A stretch of 5,921 nucleotides of DNA from a virus (Duplodnaviria > Heunggongvirae > Uroviricota > Caudoviricetes). The notes below the pieces were generated by a model that was not told the origin of the DNA, ran no database searches, and saw only the letters and a program-made list of their open reading frames with translations. Location of the stretch: IMG/VR virus record IMGVR_UViG_2778261088_000007; one strand, 5' to 3'. Each line of letters begins with the position of its first letter. Position 1 is the first letter of the stretch. A program made the translations under genes and the position numbers. Positions 1-5,921 of the stretch are shown one piece after another.

Positions 1-148
1 AATCGATTTTGGGTCTCACCAAAATTACGGGGTTGCATACGCATTCGTTTATTTTCGAACGTGTACATACAAATATGCACAAAAATAATCAAAATTATTT
101 TCTGCGATGCATTATGATATGAACACCAATTTCGTATAGAGTCTCACT

Positions 149-739
149 ATGTCTCGAATTTTTGCTTACTGTCGGATATCAACGCTGGATCAGACCACCG
201 AAAATCAACGCCGGGAAATCGAAAGTGCAGGTTTTAAAATCAAACCTCAGCAAATAATCGAAGAACACATTAGCGGCTCAGCAGCAACCAGTGAGCGTCC
301 TAGTTTTAACCGGTTGCTTGCTCGCCTGAAATGTGGTGATCAATTGATTGTGACAAAACTGGATCGCCTTGGTTGTAATGCAATGGATATCAGGAAAACA
401 GTGGAACAACTGACCGAAACAGGTATCAGAGTGCATTGCTTAGCATTGGGGGGCATTGACTTGACCAGTCCAACAGGAAAAATGATGATGCAAGTAATTT
501 CAGCAGTTGCTGAATTTGAACGAGACCTTTTACTTGAACGCACTCATTCCGGGATAGTAAGAGCCCGCGGCGCAGGGAAACGTTTTGGTCGACCACCTGT
601 GTTAAATGAAGAACAGAAACAGGTGGTATTCGAACGAATTAAGTCAGGTGTAAGTATAAGTGCCATTGCCCGGGAATTCAAAACCTCGCGGCAAACCATT
701 TTAAGAGCCAAAGCAAAACTTCAGACACCTGACATATAA
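149..739 (+). CDS. pinR: Serine recombinase / site-specific DNA invertase, PinR/PinQ-like, 196 aa
   Basis: ATG at 149 and TAA at 737-739 give a clean 591-nt ORF. The N-terminus ([14 protein letters not shown]) carries the conserved serine-recombinase catalytic motif, with the Ser in RIST as the presumptive nucleophile, and the C-terminus has a helix-turn-helix-like segment ([20 protein letters not shown]). From memory the whole protein matches the 196-aa PinR/PinQ invertases of E. coli cryptic prophages; pinR versus pinQ cannot be distinguished here. A weak purine-rich stretch (agag, 137-140) is the only Shine-Dalgarno candidate. Visibly more AT-rich than the adjacent fiber gene. Confidence 0.9.
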   Translation: MSRIFAYCRISTLDQTTENQRREIESAGFKIKPQQIIEEHISGSAATSERPSFNRLLARLKCGDQLIVTKLDRLGCNAMDIRKTVEQLTETGIRVHCLALGGIDLTSPTGKMMMQVISAVAEFERDLLLERTHSGIVRARGAGKRFGRPPVLNEEQKQVVFERIKSGVSISAIAREFKTSRQTILRAKAKLQTPDI

Positions 740-761
740 AAAATAATCTCGGTGTGAGATG
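738..761 (-). terminator. Weak candidate intrinsic terminator after tfa, in the convergent pin/tfa intergenic region
   Basis: A 5-bp stem atctc/gagat with loop ggtgt (plus 746-760) is followed on the minus strand by TATTTTTTA (plus 737-745), which overlaps the pin stop codon. The stem is short and not GC-rich, so predicted stability is low. Confidence 0.3.
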
Positions 762-836
762 CTTTACGTCTTCCAAGCCCCCTTCCTTGCCGTAAATGGA
801 AAGATACATCTAATTAAAGAATTTATATGTTTTACC

Positions 837-1412
837 CTACGGCAGTGCTGGCCATTCAATATCCTGTGCAGTTGACGTATCAACACGGTTCAGCAATACC
901 CGATACTTTTTCCATGCTTCCAGCAACGAGATTTCTTCCTCCGTTGCAATTTCCAGATCTGCAGCATCCTGAAGCGGCGCAATATGCTCACTGGCTACCT
1001 GCATCAGGTTGTTTTTTGTTTCTTCCGCCTCCCGGATCCGGAACAGTTTTTCTGCTTCCGTATCCTTCACCCAGGCTGTGCCGTTCCACTTCTGAAACTC
1101 CCCTTCCGGCGATAACCAGGTAACATTTTTCGGTAACGGACCGAGTTCAGAAATAAATAACGCGTCGCCGGAAGCCACGTCATAAACCGTTTTACCCCGA
1201 TGATCTTCAACGAGATGCCACGATGACTCATCACTGTTGAAAACAGCCACGAAGCCAGCCGGAATATCTGGCGGTGCAATATCGGTACTGTTTGCTGGCA
1301 GACCTGTATGAGGCGGAATATATGCATCACCTTCACCAATAAATTCATTAGTTCCGGCCAGCAGATTATAAATTGTTATGGTCCGTGGTTGTTCACTCAT
1401 TCTGAATGCCAT
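837..1412 (-). CDS. tfaR: Tail fiber assembly protein / chaperone (lambda Tfa-like), 191 aa
   Basis: Minus-strand ORF with ATG at 1410-1412 (plus-strand cat) and TAG at 837-839. The N-terminus [54 protein letters not shown] is recognisable as the lambda Tfa / Rac TfaR family. Its start overlaps the stf stop in a TAATG arrangement, and a GAGG-like Shine-Dalgarno sits inside the last stf codons (plus about 1421-1426), consistent with translational coupling. Confidence 0.9.
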   Translation of the reverse strand: MAFRMSEQPRTITIYNLLAGTNEFIGEGDAYIPPHTGLPANSTDIAPPDIPAGFVAVFNSDESSWHLVEDHRGKTVYDVASGDALFISELGPLPKNVTWLSPEGEFQKWNGTAWVKDTEAEKLFRIREAEETKNNLMQVASEHIAPLQDAADLEIATEEEISLLEAWKKYRVLLNRVDTSTAQDIEWPALP

Positions 1413-4400
1413 TATGCAAGCCTCACAATATAGTTAAATGCGATGTTTTTGACGGTGTTTTCCGCGTTACCAGCAGCGTTAACGGTGATGGTGTGTCCAT
1501 GTGAGCCAATCGCAACGGAGTGCGTATGAGCACCAATACCGACAGTATGTGCGTGTGCACCTGCGCTTGCAGCAGTACCCGATACAGAGTGCGTATGAGC
1601 GCCTGCAGAAGAAGTGTTAACACTGTATTTAGAATAATCAGGTGATCCACTTCCCGGAGCACCACTGGAACCACCTGAAACAAATGTCATCGAATGGGTA
1701 TGTGCACCGGCTGAAGCAGCCGTACCGCTAACACTATGGGTATGTGCACCAGTGTTATTCGTGGATTTAGTGCCGTAATCAAACGATGATGTGGTTTTCG
1801 TCCCCAAATCCGTACTGGATGCGCTGGCGCTGTGGGTGTGCGATTTAATGCCGTCCTGTTCCTGAGACAATACGGCACGACCACTGGCGGGCTTGCCCTT
1901 AATCGTCCAGCCACGCATATCAGGAATAACGCCTGACGGATAAGCCACTGCAAGTTTCGGGTATGCAGATTTGTCAAAAGTCTGCCCCTGCATCAGGGCA
2001 TAGCCAGACGGAACGGTATCTGATGGCCACGGGATTGGTGCGCCGACTGGGTAGCTTTCTGGTGGAAGATTTTTCGAGGTATAAACTTCTGCCCAGTCAT
2101 CCTCAAAACCATAACCGTCTCTTGAAGAACGGTAGAACAGACCACCATTTCTGTAATGCGCCTTCATCTGCAGGGTCCGGCAACTTCCGACTCCGGTATA
2201 GAAGTTAACCAGAATATAGCTGTCGCCAGAGCGAGTGACATTGTAAGCGCCTGATTCGGCATTCCATGGAACGCCACCATCCGCATCGGCATATGTATCC
2301 GTTGCCCTTCTGGCAAAAGCAGCCACATGCGCGGCGGTTAAAGTAATATCTTTGGAACCATCAAACTCAACACCAGAAACCCGTCTTGGCGTTTGCAGCT
2401 TTGTTGCTGTTAATGCATTACCGTTCAGACTTGCGGACAGTTTGGTTCCAATAACCAGTTCGCCGGTTGCGTTATCAATAGCAAACGGTCTTAATGTATT
2501 CCAGCCACCATAAACATCACCTTGATTGGTAAGCAGCAGGTAAGTTTTAGCGCCATCATTACGCCATAATGCACCATACTCTCCACCTATCATTCGAATC
2601 TGATTACCACCACGCGCTACAATTTCGTCTGTGGCAAAAAGTTTTTTGCACGACAAGTTATCGTTAACGATTAACGAATGAGACTCATAAAAACCACGCC
2701 CACTCTTAAAATCAAGGATAACGTCCGCCGCGATACATTCAGTCGCTGGATTTGTTGCCCCAAACTTATAGGTCGTATCATTAACAACGAGATCAGCACC
2801 AGGTGCGGATATTGACAGGCCATCTTCGATAAACGCAAAAACAGGGAAAGCAGCGCCATCAACATAGAACACAGAGCGCAAATCATCGCCCTTATTACTC
2901 ATCATTATTGAGTGGATGGCTCGTTCATTGTTTTGATATTGCCAGAACATTCCATAAGCATAACGCCCCCTGTCAGTCCAGCCACCAGGCATAACAAATC
3001 CGTTAAACTCGCAGTTATTCATCGGATCGCCTGCGGTTCGCGTTGCCGTGGTGATAATGACCCTTGATGCCAGTTCGCTTACTGAGCCAGCAGAACGCAT
3101 AACAACAACAGGGTAATATTTTCCAGATGTTGCACCTGCAGGAGCGTTAACCCGCACATAACGCATACCACGCTTATCAGCAAAGTCTGTTTTACTGACC
3201 GCGTTAATGTTGTTCAGGAAGCGTCCCTTATCGGGTATATCAGTGCCGTTCTGGTCTTTCTGCAGACGTTTCTCTGCATTGTCATAGGCTGATTTTACTG
3301 CCTTTGGCGTTGCCGCCAGCGTTTCAGACGTACTGTTGGTCGCACTGCTGAGCTGTACTATCCCCTTTTTCGTCGTGCTCGCATCCTCAAGCGCCACGGC
3401 GGATGCAATATCCTCTGCCCGTTTTGCTGCTGTCTCGGCGCGCGTTGCCGCGGATTCCGCCGTACTTTTGCTCTGAGCTGCCGCCGTCGCACTGCCAGCT
3501 GCCTCTGTCGCCTTCGTGGATGCCGTCGTGGCGCTGCCCTTCGCTGCTGACGCCTGTCTGGTCGCCTCATCTTTTGAAGCAGACGCCGATGATGCCGATG
3601 ACGCCGCCGAACTGGCTGACGATGCGGCAGCCGTTTTTGAGGATTCTGCGCTGGTTTCCGACGCTTTCGCGTTCGTTTCGGATGTCTTCGCTGCGGAAGC
3701 TGACCTCGCTGCTACCGTGGCCTGTTCAGTGGCTTCGCCAGCCTTCGTTGTGGCTGTTGAAGCGGATGATGCGGCGCTTTCTGCCGACTTTCCGGCAGCG
3801 GTGGCACTGGCTGAGGCCTGCCCGGCATTTGTTGACGCGGCGCTGGCAGATGAGGCAGCCGCTGTTTTTGAGTCTGCTGCTGCGGAGGCACTCTGTCCCG
3901 CTGCCGTCTCAGAAGACTTTGCGTTCGTCTCGGACGTTTTTGCCGCCTTCGCGGAAGTTCCTGCCGCTGTTGCCGAGGAGGCTGCACGACTGGCGCTCGA
4001 GGCTGCGCTCGTTTCTGATGATTTTGCCGCCTCTTTTGAAGCCGACGCATCCCTGGCTGAGGTGGCAGCTTCTGACGCTTTCGTGGTCGCGGTGGATGCA
4101 GAAGTGGCGGCTGATTGTTGTGACGCTGCCGCATTCGTTTCTGACGTTTTCGCCGCACCGGCACTGGTAGCCGCCGCGCTTTTTGAGGACTCTGCAGCGG
4201 CAGCACTTTTTGAGGCTTCAGTGGCCTTTGTTGATGCCGTTCCTGCGCTGGAAGACGCTGACTGAGCCGACGACGCGGCCTGTCCGGCTGACGTGCTGGC
4301 TGCACGTGCTGAATCTGCAGCATCAGTCGCACGGGTTGCCGCCTCACTGGCAGATGTGCCGGCATCACTGGCTGACTTCTTTGCGGCTGCCGTGTTCTGT

Positions 4401-4762
4401 GCCACCACGGACGCGTTACGCGCCACCTCTTCCACCATCAGTTCAAAACGACGCAGTGCCTCCGGACGGGCATCATCCTCCGTCATGGCACCGAGAAAAT
4501 CATTCAGCGTACCGGGTTGAGAATCTTCATACACGGTGATGGTCCCGGCATGTGACGGCGGGAATCCCTCCACCAACAGAATAACGCTGTACTGACCGTA
4601 CTCAACGTCCATGCTGTAACGCCCGGCTTCATCCGGATTTTCTGAGGCCAGCGTGTTCACCACCACAGTGGTACTGTTACGTTTTGCTTTCAGCTGGATT
4701 GTGCAGTTCTGTACCGGTTTTCCTGTGCCGTCTTTCAGTACACCTGAAATCTTTACTGCCAT
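1412..4762 (-). CDS. stfR: Side tail fiber protein (lambda Stf-like, Rac StfR-like), about 1116 aa from ATG 4760-4762; the ORF track begins at an in-frame GTG at 4766-4768
   Basis: Single uninterrupted 3.35-kb minus-strand ORF ending TAA at 1412-1414. From the ATG the N-terminus reads [26 protein letters not shown], matching the lambda Stf N-terminus from memory; the track's MNM start uses the GTG two codons upstream, so the ATG is the more likely start. A GGGGTGA Shine-Dalgarno lies about 5 nt upstream of the ATG. The C-terminus [22 protein letters not shown] is the conserved Stf/gp37-type fiber tip. Size and domain order resemble StfR of prophage Rac. Confidence 0.9.
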   Translation of the reverse strand: MAVKISGVLKDGTGKPVQNCTIQLKAKRNSTTVVVNTLASENPDEAGRYSMDVEYGQYSVILLVEGFPPSHAGTITVYEDSQPGTLNDFLGAMTEDDARPEALRRFELMVEEVARNASVVAQNTAAAKKSASDAGTSASEAATRATDAADSARAASTSAGQAASSAQSASSSAGTASTKATEASKSAAAAESSKSAAATSAGAAKTSETNAAASQQSAATSASTATTKASEAATSARDASASKEAAKSSETSAASSASRAASSATAAGTSAKAAKTSETNAKSSETAAGQSASAAADSKTAAASSASAASTNAGQASASATAAGKSAESAASSASTATTKAGEATEQATVAARSASAAKTSETNAKASETSAESSKTAAASSASSAASSASSASASKDEATRQASAAKGSATTASTKATEAAGSATAAAQSKSTAESAATRAETAAKRAEDIASAVALEDASTTKKGIVQLSSATNSTSETLAATPKAVKSAYDNAEKRLQKDQNGTDIPDKGRFLNNINAVSKTDFADKRGMRYVRVNAPAGATSGKYYPVVVMRSAGSVSELASRVIITTATRTAGDPMNNCEFNGFVMPGGWTDRGRYAYGMFWQYQNNERAIHSIMMSNKGDDLRSVFYVDGAAFPVFAFIEDGLSISAPGADLVVNDTTYKFGATNPATECIAADVILDFKSGRGFYESHSLIVNDNLSCKKLFATDEIVARGGNQIRMIGGEYGALWRNDGAKTYLLLTNQGDVYGGWNTLRPFAIDNATGELVIGTKLSASLNGNALTATKLQTPRRVSGVEFDGSKDITLTAAHVAAFARRATDTYADADGGVPWNAESGAYNVTRSGDSYILVNFYTGVGSCRTLQMKAHYRNGGLFYRSSRDGYGFEDDWAEVYTSKNLPPESYPVGAPIPWPSDTVPSGYALMQGQTFDKSAYPKLAVAYPSGVIPDMRGWTIKGKPASGRAVLSQEQDGIKSHTHSASASSTDLGTKTTSSFDYGTKSTNNTGAHTHSVSGTAASAGAHTHSMTFVSGGSSGAPGSGSPDYSKYSVNTSSAGAHTHSVSGTAASAGAHAHTVGIGAHTHSVAIGSHGHTITVNAAGNAENTVKNIAFNYIVRLA
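1490..1843 (-). repeat. His-x-His repeat region at the stf C-terminal tip (seven HxH motifs), putative metal-binding needle domain
   Basis: Residues about 976-1093 contain SHTHS, AHTHS (three times), AHAHT, AHTHS and SHGHT. The 20-aa block [20 protein letters not shown] / [20 protein letters not shown] is duplicated, with matching nucleotide repeats (gagtgcgtatgagc at about 1519 and 1587; gggtatgtgcacc at about 1697 and 1737). Confidence 0.6.
3419..4411 (-). repeat. Ala/Ser/Thr-rich low-complexity shaft region of stf with three imperfect tandem units, each containing AAKTSETNA
   Basis: Protein residues about 120-450 are almost entirely A/S/T/K/E. The nucleotide motif gcattcgtttctgacgttttcgccgc and close variants recur at plus 4131-4156, 3921-3947 and 3669-3696 (spacing about 210 and 252 bp), each encoding AAKTSETNA on the minus strand. 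This compositional bias also creates the long spurious ORFs in other frames across the region. Confidence 0.6.
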
Positions 4763-4772
4763 ATTCACCCCA

Positions 4773-4801
4773 CAAAAAAGCCCGCCTGAACCGGCGGGCT
4801 G
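4773..4801 (-). terminator. Rho-independent terminator on the minus strand, immediately upstream of the stf ribosome-binding site
   Basis: Minus-strand sequence gcccgcc-ggttca-ggcgggc forms a 7-bp GC-rich stem with a 6-nt loop (plus 4780-4799), followed directly by TTTTTT (plus A-run 4774-4779) and then GTGGGGTGAATATG (SD plus stf start). There is no T-run on the plus-strand side, so it is oriented with the tail-fiber transcription direction. Confidence 0.55.
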
Positions 4802-4824
4802 TCATAACACTGTGTTACCTGGCT

Positions 4825-5241
4825 ATCCGTGACCTGAGCCGTCTGCAGGTTCAGTGAGTCCCCCGGCATCAGGTGCGGCACTTTTGCGCCTCCCAGACGG
4901 ACCGGTGCTGCGGCGTAATACGCGGCAATTTCACCAATCCAGCCGGTCAGCTTGTCCCGCTGCTCCTTACTGTTCGCGCCCAGAATAAAATCCATCGCTG
5001 ACTGCGTATCCAGCTCACTCTCAATGGTGGCGGCATACATCGCCTTCACAATGGCGCTCTGCAGCTGCGTGTTCTGCAGCGTGTCGAGCATCTTCATCTG
5101 CTCCATCACGCTGTAAAACACATTTGCACCGCGGGTCTGCCCGTCCTCCACGGGTTCAAAAACGTGAATGAACGAGGCGCGCCCGCCGGGTAACTCACGG
5201 GGTATCCATGTCCATTTCTGCGGCATCCAGCCAGGATATCC
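4825..5241 (-). pseudogene. Internal fragment of a lambda gpB-like portal protein gene, lacking its N-terminal and C-terminal portions
   Basis: The 153-aa minus-strand ORF (4765-5226) reads MPQKWTWIPRELPGGRASFIHVFEPVEDGQTRGANVFYSVMEQMKMLDTLQNTQLQSAIVKAMYAATIESELDTQSAMDFILGANS...GWIGEIAAYYAAAPVRLGGAKVPHLMPGDSLNLQTAQ, which from memory is collinear with the middle of lambda portal gpB; its initiating Met is an internal Met of the portal. Portal-frame similarity starts at GYPGWM (plus about 5224-5241) and is lost after QTAQ-VTD (plus about 4825-4836). The ORF then runs 20-odd codons through the terminator hairpin and stops at TGA overlapping the stf start region. Confidence 0.7.
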
Positions 5242-5921
5242 GTACCGATTTCGGTAAGGTAAACCCCGTTTTTGTTTCGCTTACGAGGCATGCTGGCCAC
5301 CGGCTTACCGTAGACGGATGCCCCTTTAATGGGGATCACCCGGAACAGCCCATGCTTTTTCGAGCGTTCATACACAATGGTCGGGTCAATCCCGCCAGTA
5401 TCCCAGCAGATACGGGATATCGACATTTCTGCACCATTCCGGCGGGTATAGGTTTTATTGATGGCCTCATCCACACGCAGCAGCGTCTGTTCATCGTCGT
5501 GGCGGCCCATAATAATCTGCCGATCAATCAGCCAGCTTTCCTCACCCGGCCCCCATCCCCATACGCGCATTTCGTAGCGGTCCAGCTGGGAGTCGATACC
5601 GGCGGTCAGGTAAGCCACACGGTCAGGAACGGGCGCTGAATAATGCTCTTTCCGCTCTGCCATCACTTCAGCATCCGGACGTTCACCGATTTTCGCTTCC
5701 CACGTCTCACCGAGCGTGGTGTTCACGAAGGTTTTACGTTTTCCCGTATCCCCTTTCGTCTTCATCCAGTCTTTGACAATCTGCACCCAGGTGGTGAACG
5801 GACTGTACGCCGTCCAGATGTGAAAGGTCACACTGTCAGGCGGTTCAATCTCTTCACCGGATGACGAAAACCAGAGAATGCCATCACGGGTCCAGATCCC
5901 GGTCTTTTCGCAGATATAACG
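5238..5921 (-). pseudogene. Internal fragment of a lambda gpA-like terminase large subunit gene, 3'-truncated and extending beyond the window edge
   Basis: The minus-strand frame is open from the window edge (..RYICEKTGIWTRDGILWFSSSGEEIEPPDS-VTFHIWTAYSPFTTWVQIVKDWMKTKGDTGKRKTFVNTTLGETWEAKIGERPDAEVMAERKEHYSAPVPDRVAYLTAGIDSQLDRYEMRVWGWGPGEESWLIDRQIIMGRHDDEQTLLRVDEAINKTYTRRNGAEMSISRICWDTGGIDPTIVYERSKKHGLFRVIPIKGASVYGKPVASMPRKRNKNGVYLTEIGTD), matching lambda gpA from memory. After LTEIGTD (D codon at plus 5238-5240) the frame runs into portal-derived DNA out of frame and terminates at 5106 after a nonsense tail (ILAGCRRNGHGYPVSYPAG...). The track's 5831 start is only an internal GTG. Confidence 0.7.

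Noticed and set aside
1-148. Candidate sigma70 -10 hexamers (TATGAT at 113-118, TATAGA at 135-140) upstream of pin
   Set aside because: The region is AT-rich, so -10-like hexamers are expected by chance; I could not pair either with a convincing -35 at proper spacing. Left as an unannotated probable promoter region.
340-543. Antisense 67-aa ORF inside pin
   Set aside because: Fully embedded antisense to a well-supported recombinase gene; no supporting features.
676-709. gix/hix-like half-site (ttcaaaacctcg) near the 3' end of pin, and a small imperfect palindrome ggttttaaaatcaaacc at 230-246 in the 5' part of pin
   Set aside because: Only one half of a Din-family crossover site is present and the partner arm does not match. 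Both motifs lie inside coding sequence and are short enough to be chance. PinR/PinQ-type enzymes may also not use the Gin-type consensus, so no site is called.
827-1348. ORFs 827-1123 (+) and 1067-1348 (-) overlapping tfa
   Set aside because: Both are contained within the well-supported tfa reading frame region, have no convincing ribosome-binding sites and give no recognisable protein; most likely chance open frames.
1423-2208. ORFs 1423-1683 (-), 1687-1977 (-), 1963-2208 (+) and 2671-2886 (-) overlapping stf
   Set aside because: Alternative frames within the continuous stf coding sequence; the stf frame is the one with recognisable fiber homology throughout.
3403-4368. Long ORFs in other frames and on the opposite strand within stf (3403-4170 +, 3516-4265 +, 3712-4368 -, 3358-3570 -, 4183-4539 +, 4293-4520 +)
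   Set aside because: They lie entirely inside the Ala/Ser/Thr-rich, GC-biased repetitive shaft, where stop codons are rare in every frame. Their translations are low-complexity (Ala/Asp-rich, Arg/Pro/Gln-rich or Leu/Pro/Arg-rich) with no recognisable domains or start signals. They are compositional artefacts, not overlapping genes.
4766-4768. GTG start codon for stf as used by the ORF track
   Set aside because: The ATG two codons downstream (4760-4762) gives the [10 protein letters not shown]-terminus characteristic of Stf and has a well-placed GGGGTGA Shine-Dalgarno; with the GTG the ribosome-binding site would overlap the start.
5208-5864. ORFs 5208-5639 (+), 5336-5527 (-) and 5643-5864 (+) in the terminase fragment region
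   Set aside because: They overlap the strand and frame that carry clear gpA-like sequence; the alternative frames encode nothing recognisable.
1-5921. CRISPR arrays, tRNA/rRNA genes, IS elements or integrase attachment sites
   Set aside because: No regularly spaced direct repeats, no cloverleaf-like or rRNA-like sequence, and no terminal inverted repeats or transposase ORFs were seen; the only strong repeats are the intragenic ones in stf.

Overview
This window looks like a decayed lambdoid (Rac-like) prophage tail-fiber module from an enterobacterial genome, not an obviously new system. Reading left to right: an AT-rich leader (1-148); a 196-aa serine recombinase / DNA invertase of the PinR/PinQ type on the + strand (149-739); then, convergent on the - strand, a lambda Tfa-like tail fiber assembly chaperone (837-1412) and a large lambda Stf-like side tail fiber gene (1412-4762/4768, about 1116 aa). 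The fiber gene has a lambda-like N-terminus, a long Ala/Ser/Thr-rich repetitive shaft, a roughly 410-aa central module I do not recognise from lambda Stf, and a C-terminal tip with seven His-x-His motifs. Immediately upstream of stf on the - strand are an intrinsic terminator, an internal fragment of a lambda gpB-like portal gene (about 4825-5241) and an internal fragment of a lambda gpA-like terminase large subunit gene (about 5238-5921, running off the window edge). These are joined by two apparent deletion scars that removed the rest of the head and tail genes. All homology calls are from memory of the lambda/Rac protein sequences; no database search was possible. I found no CRISPR array, tRNA/rRNA or insertion-sequence ends. 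The points most worth following up are the invertase with no visible invertible cassette, the non-lambda central module of the fiber, and the two deletion junctions.
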